A DNA stretch of 64,000 nt from the human T2T-CHM13v2.0 reference genome, Homo sapiens: NCBI RefSeq assembly GCF_009914755.1, contig NC_060937.1; one strand, 5' to 3'. Within the stretch, counting starts at the first letter, position 1, and every line of letters begins with the position of its first letter. The notes below the pieces were generated by a model. That model ran no database searches and was not told the DNA's origin. It saw nothing but the letters and a program-made list of their open reading frames with translations. A program made the translations under genes and the position numbers. Shown here one piece after another: positions 15,144 through 32,507 of the stretch.

Positions 15144-15417
15144 CACTTTGTCTTTTTAGGTCTTATTTTCCACATCTGGATGAGAGCCCTAAGGTATCCT
15201 CAGGCTCTGAATTTCATGAGTCTATGAATTCTTGGCTTAATCAGGGTTTATGAGATGTTGCTGCCCACAGACTTCTCTCTTCCAGATTAGCAGAGCTGTG
15301 GAGGGAAGAATGTCTGTTTGATGTCTTTTTCCTTCACTAAACTGTAAACCACTGGAGGGCAGGGACAATGACAAACACACAGGTTATCACACACAGGGCC
15401 TCAATCAGCAACTGGCT

Positions 15418-15612
15418 TTTCTTCTTTTCTTTTTAGTTGATATGCAATAATTCTATATATTTATGGGATACAGAGTGGTGTTTCCATACGGGTATACAAT
15501 GTGGAATGATCAAATCAGGGTAATTGGCACATCCATCGCCTCAAACACTTATTATTTCTTTGTGTTGTGAACATTCAAAATCCTCTGTCCCAGATTTTGA
15601 AAATTTATGACA
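15418..15612 (-). mobile_element. Short L1MA 3' end inserted in an L2 tail
   Basis: ATGATCAAATCAGGGTAATTGGCACATCCATC L1MA 3'UTR; TSD TCAATCAGCA at 15401 and about 15617. Confidence 0.8.
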
Positions 15613-18600
15613 AAGTCAATCAGCAGCCATTGAATGAATGAATGAATGGCCTGCTGGGAACTGAGGGCAGAAGCACTGGCGGGAAGAGCCTCACATGACA
15701 ATGAGGGTGTGCTGCTTTTTTTTCTGGCTAGAAAATGTTCTTGCTTGTTCTTTTAAAGATGGACTTTAACTGGCCAAAGACTTAGATCCAAAGAGAATAT
15801 TAATCTGAAAGTAACAAAGTGTGAGTTTTATAGGCTCTGGACAACTCAGGCCCAGCTGTTTCTTTTTAGTGGGGATGGCCTTTCTCTCACTCGCCATTCT
15901 TTGCCAGGGGGGTTCATGCTCTCTGACATTCCCTTGCAAGAAGAAGGCCTTTCTCTGTTGTTCTCTCCTCATTTTAGAATAGGTTGAGTTTTCTTTGAAA
16001 AACTAAGTCTCCCTTAAGGTTTTAATGGTGGCCCGAATGGAGACCTTATCAGTCTTTGTTGAAATCTCCAACCTCTTTAGAAGTCTGGTTAAAATGTCTC
16101 TCTCTGCTCCCTGGCCTCTCTGGTTCTCCAAAATCATAATACCATCCTCTTCCGAATTTCTGTCACACCTGTGGTTATAGTACCTCTCCTCTGTGACTAA
16201 TCACAGACTGATCTGGGGTAGGCCCCATGCCTTCTGCCGAACCCCACTCTGCTCCAGGGCAGACACTGGCTGTATTAATTTCGTATGCTTTCTAGCCCTT
16301 CCCCCTGCCCCTTTCTCTCACTGGCTGCTAGTAGGCATTTGTTGAACGTGTGACTGAATGATTTCTAGGGAAGTTGAGAAATGGACTCAGTCATATTCTA
16401 TTATGCCAGGTAAGTCATAGACTTTTAGGGATAGCAGAGATCTGAGGGATGATAGCATCCAAGTTAATCATTTTATATTTGGCTTCCTTTCTTAACACAT
16501 CCCTGTGAGGTGGAATTCTGGGATTTCAACAAGACTGCAAAGACAAGAGATTTTCAACAGCACCAAGAGCTGCAGTTGCAAACACCTTGTTCAGAAAGCA
16601 GTGTTGGAGCCTGTCTATTTCCACAGCACAGACATTAGCAAAAGAGACTGAGTCGATGTGGATCGTTTAAATTCGGGGAGATTTGTACATCAATTTTATA
16701 GCTGGTGTAGCCTCTTTCTTCCTCTCCCACAACTCCTACACTTAACATTTTACTTTACTATTGTTTGGTCTCCTGTGTCAAATAAAGCACCTTTTATATT
16801 TAATACAATAGGCCCAGTGTCGAGTTTGTCTAGTCCAAAGTGCTGTGCAAACATTAACCCATGCGACTCCCCTTGACCCCACGTTGCCCACCCTGTTTAA
16901 ACACTACAGTTTTTCTAGATAACCACTTGGGGCAGTAGCTATAAAAATTATAGAAAGCACAGGAGAGTTTAAATATCTGCTAGGGTGTGTTGCATACTGA
17001 TGTTTCCCCTGATGTTAAAGGTCTTAAATCCTGATTGTTTACAGTTCAAAAGTCTTCCGGAGAGATGATTAAGGGCAAGATGCATGAAACAGGAAGTGGC
17101 TGGATGCCCTGTAGGAGACGAGGGCTTTTGATGATAGACTGTTCAAAATATTTCAAAATAGCGATATCCAAAGATTTTATGACCCAAGTAGAATTAAGCA
17201 ACAAATTCTTGAGACTCTCCGTAAATCAAAAATCACCTCCCCCCAAAAATAAAAATATCTGGCCGAGTTTTGGGGAGTGAAGATGTTAGTTTATCTAGAT
17301 GGCATGTTGACTATCCCTCGTTCTTGGGAGCCTGTGTTTTCCTCTTCCATCTGAGAGGCGGAGCTCATCCCTCCTTTCTGCCTTTGGAATTTGTAATACA
17401 TTGTAAAAAGTCCATTCCAATTCTATGACGAGGAATGGAATTTGAGGAGTTCACAGTTACTTTAGCTCTCTAACTTAAAAAAATTTTTACAAAAGAACTG
17501 TATTCCATTATCAGAAGAATTTTTTAAAAATTCAAAAATAGCAATTACAATGAAAATTTAACAGTTCCCCCAAATTCTTGTTTCCAATTTATGTAAAACT
17601 TTAAGCCAGTCGCTTCAGATCTGTGGGCTTTTTCCTCATCTTGACTACTCATGTTTCTTTATTTTGACTATTTGTTCAATATCTCAGTTACTGTAAAATT
17701 GGCTTAAAAATAATAACTGAAGGAAATAAAATTAGTAGTACTGGCCCCCAAACTTTGAAATTTTGTATGTTATCAGTATTTTCATCTCTGATGCTTTGCG
17801 GAGAGCTTATGGCAGCATATTCAGACCTGTGTTGCTGTCTCTTTGCCCTGTGTGCATGTAAGTGTATGTGTGTGTGTGATTGCATGTATGAATCTTCCGC
17901 CTCGTGGAAAACAGACACCTTCAACACACCTAATGGCTTAAATGTCTCTTATTTACTGTTTAAATGACAGTTTAATAGGAAACACTTTTTACGAAATGTC
18001 TCAGAGTTAATGGTATTTTGAAAACAAATGAATTTTATCATTTTAGTCCTATTTTTGTCCAGTAAGTAAAATGTAAATGTGTGACTATCAGCCAAGATAA
18101 ATGGGAATTGCTCTCCACATCTTTTGAGCAGTCTCTTGCGGATTCAATGTATATTGTAGCTCCCTGCATGAAGGCTGATGGAGTCTCCGTGTTGAGGGAC
18201 AAGGATGACACTAGCATCTTGAGCTCTTCCTGTTATGGTGAGAAATGGGCCTTGTGAGTTAAAGGCCCCAAGAAGTGAAGAGCCCATAGCTGTGTCCAGA
18301 TTTCCATGCATTCTCCATTGGCAGAAATGTGTGAATCAAAATAAAATGCTTCTAAATTCTAAAATGACAAAGTTCTGATTTTCCTCCATTATTTCTCCAG
18401 TGCTTTTATTTTATTTTTTAAATTCCAATATCAAGTTATTTCAAACTGATGTCTTGGTGCCACTGCCTTGCTTTTTCATATGTGCTCAGAGTGCAATTGA
18501 CACGAAGAGGAGAGCATGACAAAACCTACGGCAAAGGCTGACATCAGATGAGATTTGCCGAATCAGGGACTACCCATCAGATTACTTCTGTATGTATGCA

Positions 18601-21091
18601 GGTCTTGTAAACTCTCAGGCAGATGCAGAGCCCAGCATAGTTCCTGGCACATACTGAGTTTCACGTTTACATAACATTTTTCTACCTAAGAATGTTGATA
18701 AGTCAAGGAACAATGCCAATACTTATGAAATGCACGTACAATAATATTTATATACAGAAATGTCCATGAATGTTAATAAATCTTCAAATAGGGATTACAC
18801 AAATGTGGAAAAACAGGTCTTTTGCCTGAGAATCTCTTTTCACCATGGAATAGCAGATGGTTTGTTCTGCTTTTCCCCTTGTGAGGCAAGTAGGTTTTTC
18901 CCAAGTTCTGTTTGTTAAAATTTTCATGCCTTTTCACTCTTTCAGAATAGGTTCTCTTATCATTTTTTTGCATAAAATCATAAAGTTATAAAACTGTAAT
19001 TACCAAAATAGGGTTATAGCTTGAAACATGTTGAAACACCTTATCATGGATGACTAAACTGGTGGAAAATCTGGAAAAACATTGTATTAAATTTCTAGTT
19101 TTAAAAATTATTGCTTAATGTTGTGCAGTGCAGCTATACCACACAAATCTAAATCTACTATGGGTCAAATCATGTTTTCTGAAAGGAGTTACATTAAAAG
19201 CCTGTTATAAAACTATTATGAGGAGTGACCTTAAATGAATGCCTTGCTTGTTAATTGAAAAATAATCTAATTTCAGAATGGAAGTTAGTATGAATTCCAC
19301 CGTATATGGCAAGGTGAGTGTTTCCAAACTCTAAATTTAGTACTATCTGAGTGAGGCTAATGGAAAAGTATCTTCCAAAATAACATGAAACATATTAGAA
19401 CAGATTTTAGTGTGTTAAATCACAATAGAGCTTTTAAACATATTTATGGAATTACATGCTACATAGTAAGGTCAGCATTTTCAGAGACCCAATGTTTAAG
19501 TTTGTCTTGAATTTTAAAAAGAAATTTCACGTTATTCAAAAATAGGTTTCAGCGGCTTAGTAGAGTTTGAGAAGAAAAAGCTAATTCAGTTACAAAGTTA
19601 TACCAAGATGGAAAACATACTTTAATTCAATATGAAAAATTGCCAGAATTCTTTTTAGTGTGTTTGCATAACAAAAATAGCCAGTGCTATGAATTTCATT
19701 TTTGCCAAAATTATGACATTCATCAAGGAAGAAAATGGCACATGAACCATTTATGTGTGTGAATTTATGCTCCAAACTGTGAGGTAGTTTGGTGAGGAAA
19801 ACTACTTTAGAGATTTGTCTTTCTCCAGCTGAGATTTTTGAATTCCCCATGATACTGTGTTATATAAAATAACTTTTTGAGTTGATGTCTTAAATTTGGA
19901 GAAAGCAAAATCTTTTTGTTTCTAATGTTACTTTTTTCTCTTTTTAGCTGTGTTGTATTTGTTTAGATGATGTATTTGTTGTGTTGATTTTAGAGTTTTT
20001 CCCTGCATCTTTTGTGGAGTAAAGATACTCTCCTGCTCTTCTTTTCTATTTGTTTTTTCATGACTTCCGAGGAAGGTGAGATGGCTGTTGCCATTGCGAT
20101 GTAATGTTCAGTGTATGAAATGACAGTAGCAAACCTTTCCAGGGATGCTTATCTGGGGTGCTGTGACTTTCTCTGCCCTTCGGGCTCCTGGCTCTTGATG
20201 GCAATGTTCAATATTGTCTTTCAAGGATCTGTCTTAATAAGGCCTGAACGCATTCTTTAACTCAGGACTTTCTAATGATGACAGAACCACACTCTGACCT
20301 AGAAGCATGCACTGTTTACAAACATTTATCTCCAGCCTACGGACAAGCATAACAACGACAGCAGCAAGTAGTGGCCACAATGGCCAACATTCAGTCTATT
20401 CCTTTTAAGGAATTTGGGAACCATTAGTCAAGAAACTGTTCCTGTCCTGAGCTTTTCTGGAGGCCTTCTTCTTTCCACATCTGTTAAACTCATCTCCGTC
20501 CCCTACCCTTTCTAGCCTATGCTGTTTGCGTTGGAATGGTCAGCTCCCTGTATGGGGGCACTTCTGCATTCATAAACACGTACGAAGTGCCTGGTTGGTT
20601 TGGGTGCCACGTGAGGCTGGAAGTAGCAGACAAAACATGGTTCCTATTCTCCAAAGCTTACAGAGGGTGGGAGGAGATACCCAGGGGACCCTCTGACTGC
20701 ACAGCAGTGACACCCTCTGCAGGAACTGTGAGAGCACTAAGGAGGGCCAACTGAAAAAGCTGGGGTGTCAGAGGGATGATTGCAACAGTCAAACTGACCT
20801 CTTAACCAGAGACAATATAATGCTAGCTGTCAACTTTGCATTGTATTGTTGCAGAATACAACAATACATGGGTGATAGGAAAACAATTATCACCTGTTTA
20901 GGGCATTTTGTCTTGAAGGTCGCATTCTGGCTTTGTAAAAATATTGCTTCTGTGGTACCTTAAGAAGGCTATTTCACGGCTGCTTGTTTCTAAAAGGAAG
21001 TTTTTTTTTTATTAAAGTATTTACACCCCAAGGATGAAATTAAAAATAAGGAAATTGGTTTCTGCTCAGGTCACTTAGCAATTGCTCAAAG

Positions 21092-21500
21092 AAAGCCTGA
21101 AGGAAGTGAAATCAGCGTGTCAAAGACATATCTCCACTCCCAGGTTCCTTGCAGCACTGTTCACAATAGCCAAGAGACGGAATCAACATAAGTGTCTGCC
21201 AGTCAGTGGATAAATGGATAAAGAAAATGTAGTATATGTACACAATGGAATAGTGTTCTGCCTTAAAAAAGAATGAAATCCTGTCATTTGCGGCCACATG
21301 GAGGAGCGTGGAGGACATTCTCTTAGGTAGAAAAAGCCAGTCACAGAAAAATAAATATCACATGTTCTCACAGGTATGTGGAAACTAAAAAAGTTGATCT
21401 CATAGACATAGAGAGTAAAATGATGCTTACCAGAGACTGGGGTGGTTAGGGGGAAGGGGGATGGGGAGATGTTAATCAAATAATATATAATTACAGTTAG
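21092..21500 (+). mobile_element. L1MA-type ORF2-end/3'UTR fragment
   Basis: GCAGCACTGTTCACAATAGCCAAG..AATGAAATCCTGTCATTTGC..AAAAAGTTGATCTCATAG. Confidence 0.85.
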
Positions 21501-21509
21501 GAAAATAAA

Positions 21510-21735
21510 AAATGTCCAGAATAGGCAAATATATGGAGACAGAAAGTAGACAAGTGACTGCCTGGGGTGGGGGATTGGGGAAAGGAAGAGGATAAGTGGT
21601 TGGGGTAGAGAAATGGGGACTGACTAGTCATGGGTATGGGGTTTTTTTTTTGAGTAATGAAAATGTTCTAAAATTGATTGTGGTGATGGTTGCATAACTG
21701 TGAACATACTAAAAACCACTGGATCGTACACTTTA
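21510..21735 (+). mobile_element. L1MB7/8-type 3'UTR fragment
   Basis: AAATGTCCAGAATAGGCAAAT..GAAAATGTTCTAAAATTGATTGTGGTGATGGTTGCA. Confidence 0.8.
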
Positions 21736-22009
21736 TTTATTTAATTTTATTTTTAAAATTAATTAAATTCTACAGTATTTATCTCCAGAATTAATTTTTT
21801 TCCCATGAAGGTTGCAATACATAAGCTTAAGAAAGCCAAAGTTATTTTTTACCTTTGCCCATCTTTAATAACTAATGGTGAAACATATATGAGATACGAA
21901 TTAATTTTTTGAAAGCACTGACTTCAATAAAAAGATAATGTTTATTTGGTCGGATTGTTGCCAACTCTGAAGGAGGCAAACCCAAAGTTTGGTCAGTTAA
22001 GAAATTCTA

Positions 22010-22666
<657 letters not shown>

Positions 22667-22740
22667 CTAAATTGTTCCTCTCTTTTGGGTACTTACTGCT
22701 TCCTACCTTACGGTTTAACTATTTCATGTTCTATGTCAGC

Positions 22741-23125
<385 letters not shown>

Positions 23126-23441
23126 TTAAATATTCTAGGAATATTTGTTGAATGAATATATGAAGGGTTGATTACAGATAAGCGCTGTTTAAATATTTTT
23201 ACTATGTTTGGTAGGGACTTTTTAGGATGTGGTGTCTGGTACTGGCTGACACAGATGTATAAACTGAACATAGAATCTGAACATCATGAATATACTTGGA
23301 ACAGCTTTGGGTGGTCGCAGATGTAAGTTTTACATTGTCTCAAATTAGAATCTGGGCAAATGTTGAAATAATCAATAAGTGTTGTGTCCCAAATGATAAA
23401 TTCCTAACTTCTGTGGAATGGATCCCTCAACCTTGAGTCTT

Positions 23442-23758
<317 letters not shown>

Positions 23759-24046
23759 CAACCTTGAGTCTTCATAAAAACAGATTCAGGAAAGTATATG
23801 TTTATCCACTAGTGATGGATAAAGGAGGTCCATTTCTTTTTCATGAGAATAATTGTTATATATTGAACTGCTTTAAAATTTTGTTTCTTCTCATTGAAAT
23901 TCCTAAGCTAGGCTACTGGCAGGGTATCCACATGTGGCCTTGTCCAGAGGTTTAAAGAACTATATTTTGCCGGGCTTTCGCCTAAAAGGAGATCCATGTA
24001 GACATTATGAATTTGTAGGCTACACTTAGGAAGAACATGTGAACCC

Positions 24047-24661
<615 letters not shown>

Positions 24662-24796
24662 CTTTATTTTTTTAAGTAACAAATTTACTGAGATATAATT
24701 CACATACCCATACCATTTACCCATTTAAAATGTACAATTCAATGGTTTTTAGTATTTTTAAAGACTCGTGCAGCCATTACACTCAATTCTAGAAAA
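24662..24796 (-). mobile_element. L1MB-type extreme 3' end
   Basis: TTTACTGAGATATAATTCACATACC..AAAATGTACAATTCAATGGTTTTTAGTAT. Confidence 0.8.
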
Positions 24797-24975
24797 TTCT
24801 TCTTCTTTTTCGGATATTAAGTCATTTATTGGCAAGCTCATTAAAAATGCAGTAAATGAAGGGCCCTGGGCATGTCAATCCTCAGGGCCATATTTTTCCT
24901 GAATGTGGGAGAAATCAGAGAGGTATACACAGGATTTGGGAAGGTTATTTGATCTTGCTTGATAGCTTCCTAATA

Positions 24976-26873
<1,898 letters not shown>

Positions 26874-27411
26874 TAGTATTTCCAACCACAGCTTTTCCTC
26901 CAATACTGACATTTATATTTTATTGACTGAAATGTTAATTACATGTAGTTTCTTACAGTGCCTTTTATCAACCCAAAGGAGAAACTCAGATTGAAGTAAA
27001 TTCAAGCCTTACTTAAATGTCAACCAGATTGCATTTTCTTTAATGGAAGTAGCTGCTATGATATCATCCCAGATAGTTTTCTCCATGCAGCTCAAAGTTG
27101 TCTTGGAGGTGTGTGCCACGGTGCAGCATCGCAGCCTTCCCGTTCACAATCACCTTGTATATGGTTAGAATCATCAAGTCCATCTTCTCATTATTTCCCT
27201 GAGCTTATGTTAAGAGCTACAAGTTACTATGTAAAATAAAGATAAACAATTTTTTTTTTATATTAGTAAGAGTGTAAATAGCATGTCTCAAGTGATGCAG
27301 AGAAGGTATTTCTGAACTCAGAAAGAAATGAATTCACTGCAACTCCTTTGAGGGAAGGAAAGATGAGCATCTTACCCGTTTTGGTCAGATCCCACCTTTG
27401 CCAAACCGTGA

Positions 27412-27870
<459 letters not shown>

Positions 27871-29739
27871 CTGATTATTTCAATACTGGAGTGATTTTGG
27901 CTGTGACAAGCCCCCCGCAGTGCTATAGCTGGCACTCCTACCTTTTGGGAGAAGACACTGTATTTTAAATACAGGTCCTTGAAACATCTTCCTTGAAAAC
28001 CTTTAGTCTGAATCCATCTGATTCCTGGGTAAGTTGCAAGGGGGCTATGTTTGCTGCATGTCTGATGTGGAATAAAACATTTAAAATTATATTGAGGCTT
28101 AACTGAATTTAAGTGTATCCACTAAGAAGGTGAGAACAACTTCTAAAAATAATAAATGAGAAGGAATTGGGGTGTGTGTGGGGGAGGGGAAAGTCATATG
28201 GTTGGTGGGTACATTGTGTGTCTACTTGAACTCATGTTTTGTTTCCATTTTCAAACCAAGAAAATAAATTAAGAGAGATTGGTAATGGGAACTAATCTTA
28301 AATCCCCAGAAATGAACCACATTTTGAGTATTATTGCGTGCCCTCTCTCTTTTCCTCTCTCCCTTTCTCTCTCTCTCTAGGTCCCAAACCTGTTCTTTAA
28401 TGTGATACATGGAAATGAGTGGTGCAGTTCATTAGCTCAGCCAGTAGAGGGAATGGCTCATTACCACGTGCAAGGCTTCCCCCAAATCTCCTCCTATGCT
28501 CCAGTGTCCTGTTAGTACAACTTTGCAAATAGATGCTGTCAAGGCAGTTCAGGGCCAGTGAGGTGTGATGAGTTGACCTTCATCTTTTGAACTGTGTTCC
28601 TATAACTTTCTTTTTTTTTTATGGCTGTCTCTGATTTCTGTCTCTATTTCTGTGTTTCTGTCACTGCCTTCTTGACCTCCTTTCTGGGCATTTCCTGGTA
28701 CATTCTTAGAGTGTCTAGTGTGCTCTCTCTGTGCCCACCAAAGCTAGAAACCCCTTAGGCACCTCTTGTTTTTCTAGAACACTAATTTTTCATAAAGTTT
28801 CTGTTCACAGAGGGAAAATACTGGAACATTCTCATTTATTGGATCCCTTATTCACCCTAGATGTGTAAGCCAAAACTTGTATTCATGGCTGAGACAAGTC
28901 TGCAAACAATTTTCTGGACTTTGAAGACCAGGCTGCCTCAAGTTTGGAGGTTTTATCTATTACCCATATAGGCATCACTGTCTTAATTTTAAAGTTCAAC
29001 ATGTGAGGGAGAAAAGTCCCTATATCTTACTTTTCATGCTCTGACTTTGCCTCTACTTTTCGTTACTGTGTGTGCTTGAATGAATGTGCTGATTTTAACT
29101 CTATCTACGGGAAACCTTTTTCTATTATTAGACCGTTGTAATGTTCAAGAAGCACTCACCAGGCTGAGCGTTTGCTCAAAGTCAGATTTTCCCCAAGTCA
29201 GATGTAGGAGAATTTGTGAAATATAGTCCCCAGTAAAAGTTGGCACTGGATTGCATCTCTAATTAACAATCCTGCTTATGAATTTGGATTAATATTTGAT
29301 AAAAATTCATTTGGCGTGATCTAGCGCCTCCCTCCATCACGCTAGTTTGTTGAGACCATAGGCATGCAGATTTCATTCCATTGGTAGATAACAGCATAAA
29401 ACATTTTCTATTTTTAAATGAGTCACCAAGAATCCTGCATTTCTGTAGATGATTTATCATATTATCTAGCCACTCGTGTGGAAATGCATGGAGGTTTGGT
29501 TTTATGGCAAATGTTGTTTAAAATATCAGGACATGTTCTTGTACCACGTTTAGGGTCGTGGTATGGGAAGGCTGTCTGCAAAAGATGAGGAAGTTTGAGC
29601 ACACTGGGTTATTGTGGCCTAAACAACTTGAGGGTAATGAAAGCCACTCCTGTAGGGCTGCTTCTAGCCGTGCCAGCACCCTGCTAGAAGTGCCATGTGT
29701 GTTCTAGCACACTCCATGTGCTACATGCTGGCATGGGAT

Positions 29740-29910
29740 TCTGACAAGAATGTTGGGGTAGGCACTGCTACCACTGTTGCACAAATGAGAAAACTGAGGC
29801 TGGGAGAGGCTGGGTCACTTTGATCTCCTTATGCTGCTAGTAAGTGACCGAGCCAAGATGCACACCCACCTTGGCCTGAAACCTGAGCCATTCACTTTCT
29901 TCTCCACCCC
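29740..29910 (-). mobile_element. MIR fragment
   Basis: ACAAATGAGAAAACTGAGGCT core and GCTAGTAAGTGACCGAGCCAAGAT. Confidence 0.7.
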
Positions 29911-30039
29911 AGGCTGCCTCCCGAACTCCATCATTGGAGTCCTTGGGTAATGACTGTCATCTCTTCATGGCTGTTTGGATGGCATCACTCACCTTTTCTT
30001 ACATTTCTCTCTGAGCAACTTTCTTTTCTTTTCTTGTAG

Positions 30040-30090
30040 GTCTTAAATCCCTCTGTTCTAGTTTACAGACTCAGAGATGGAAAATATTGA
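30040..30090 (+). other. Candidate 51-nt internal exon of an unidentified + strand gene
   Basis: Strong acceptor CTTTCTTTTCTTTTCTTGTAG|G in non-repeat DNA; donor TGA|GTATGA; ATG in good Kozak context (GAGATGG) at 30077; no transcript evidence available. Confidence 0.35.
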
Positions 30091-32236
30091 GTATGAATTG
30101 CTAGTTAAATTGGTTTGTTTCATTTTTGGCTTTGGAAAACAAGGTGGATTCTTTCACCACAAGATCATATCCAGTGCATTCAGGGGTGAGACGGGGCCAG
30201 GGTTCTTTCAGGTGCAGCAGGCTTTGGTCTGTACCAGGGATCGAAGCACGCCGGGAGTTACAGGGTGCTGCAGAGGAGCAAATGAAAGGGCTACCGGCAG
30301 ACACCTTTGCTCCCCAAATCAGGTAGAAGAGACCTCCTACGACTATTGGGGTGCTTCCAGCATTGAGGACTCCTGCTTGGCAAGGTAGAGTAAAAAATGT
30401 GTTTATTAAAGAACTAGCGGTGGAGCATAAATGGATGTTGAAATAGAACAGAACCAGGCGAAACAGCCCACCAGCAGATAGCCATAAAAATTAAGGTTAC
30501 AAAACAGAACACATACTTTGCCCTGCTCCTCCATCTCTGAACTCAGGGTCAGGCCCTCGGCCTGAACTGTGCTTCCCAGCTGGTGTTTGCTTCACTCCAA
30601 ACAGTCTTTCTAGGTTTCTCAGCCTAGGCTAAACCAAGGTGTCATTTCTCACCATCTCTTTTATAAGATTTATTTCATATTATTTGTGTTTGGGATGGCT
30701 GCCTTTGAGTTTTTCTAGACAAGATACAGGCTCCTTTTTGACACGCTAGACTTCCTGGGAGGAGGACACAGGAGAGGAGTTGGGAGGTCAGGACAGAGTG
30801 GAGAAAGTGATTGCCTACATTTTCTGTGGAATTCTTAGCCAAGAGACCTCAGAAGATTTTGCCCCTATTATATACAACACACCTCTTTCTTCTTCCCGTC
30901 ATTAATTAACCTCTTTGAAGAGTGTCTTGGGCCCAAGACTCTGGCTCCATCTGAACCTTCTTCCAAAAAGAATGTAAATTTCCTTGTTCTCTGCATTGAG
31001 AGACTTCACTAAGTACAGACACAAGAAGAAAGGGCTGGGAATGCGATGATATAGAGTACCCAGATTTCACATTCTAGATGCAATGCAAATGTTCCTGGCA
31101 GAACAGGGGTCATTTTGCAGAGACAGTTCATAACTTGCTTTGCCAGGATTAGTCATGGCTCCTACAAGTTTCCAGTTTCTGCAGGATCTTTGTGTGGGGA
31201 TGCCAAGAGGGTAGATAGAATTTTAAGAATTTTGCTTTCATGTCAAGATAATTCAAGTAAGTTTTCTGTTTCCTTTCATTTTTTTGTAGCACATAGAATG
31301 TCTTGGGATTTTTAATGCACCTCTCCTTAACACCTATAGAATCTTCAATATAAAAATACTAGGAAGTCCTTAGATTTTATAAGATAGAAATAATTGTGAA
31401 GAAAATAACTGCTAATGAAAGAAGTAAGTTCATCAGGCTTTCCTCATAACAATAGAAAGCATTTAAGGTCTTCAATATGCTATAAAGATAATACCTGCTT
31501 GCAGTCTTTTAAAATCAGCAGTATTAATTTATGAGCATGAAATTAAGCACAGAGCCTCCCCGAATACAACAATTCATTATTATTATTGGTCCTTTGAAAG
31601 ACTCTCTATAAATTCAAAGTCAGAGTCAGCCTTGGGGAAACATATTAGAATTGCAGCAGAAATATAGGGAAAAAATACAACTTTGTTTTTTGTACATCTG
31701 GGAAGATCTGGGCAAGGTAAATATACCAGGATGTGCAATTCAGATGCAATTTATTGTTCTACCTCTTTAGCAGAAAAAAGTGAAAAGGGGAAGAAGAATA
31801 ATCATTTTCCTATATTTTTATGGTGGCTATAAATGTCTTCATAAATAGGGCACCTGTTCAAAGGAATTCTTTTTTCTTGTATGCAGTGCTAGAGTGATTA
31901 AGCCAATGGAAAAACCAAGGAAGAATAAAATTCCAAGATTCGATACTTTCTGGGGAGGAGGTTGGAAAGTCAGTGGCCTTTCAAATGTTAATCCCTTGTG
32001 ATTTTGCCACTTACTGAAAATCCTTTTCTACTAATGAAGAATACATTAGGAAAAAGCCGTGATGTTTAGTCTTCTTGCTGATATTTGGTACCAAGCTATG
32101 CAGCCCTCACAGAACCTCTAATGAAATATCTGCCATGGCTGATCGTGTGTATGTGTCTCAGTGAGCATACAACATTGATCAGGGCCTCGGGTTTCTTTGG
32201 AGTGAAGTTCAGTGGGATAGAAAATTGGAGTTTCTG

Positions 32237-32507
32237 CTCATGCCTGTAATCCCAGCACTTTGGGAGGCCGAGGCGGGCGGATCACGAGGTCAGGAAATCG
32301 AGACCATCCTGGCTAACACGGTGAAATCCCGTCTCTACTAAAAATACAAAAAATTAGCCAGGAGGCTGAGGCAGGAGAATGGCATGATCCCGGGAGGCGG
32401 AGTTTGCCGTGAGCCGAGATGGCGCCACTGCACTCCAGCCTGGGCGAAAGAGCAAGACCCCGTCTCAAAAAAAAAAATAAATAAATAAATAAAAAATAAA
32501 AAAATAA
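32237..32507 (+). mobile_element. AluY, 5'-truncated, with a 36-bp internal deletion
   Basis: 18-bp TSD AGAAAA(T/C)TGGAGTTTCTG at 32219 and 32508; TTAGCC joined directly to AGGAGGCTGAGG; (AAAT)n tail. Confidence 0.95.

Noticed and set aside
30040-30388. Assigning a gene symbol to the putative host gene
   Set aside because: No peptide or exon sequence was recognised with confidence
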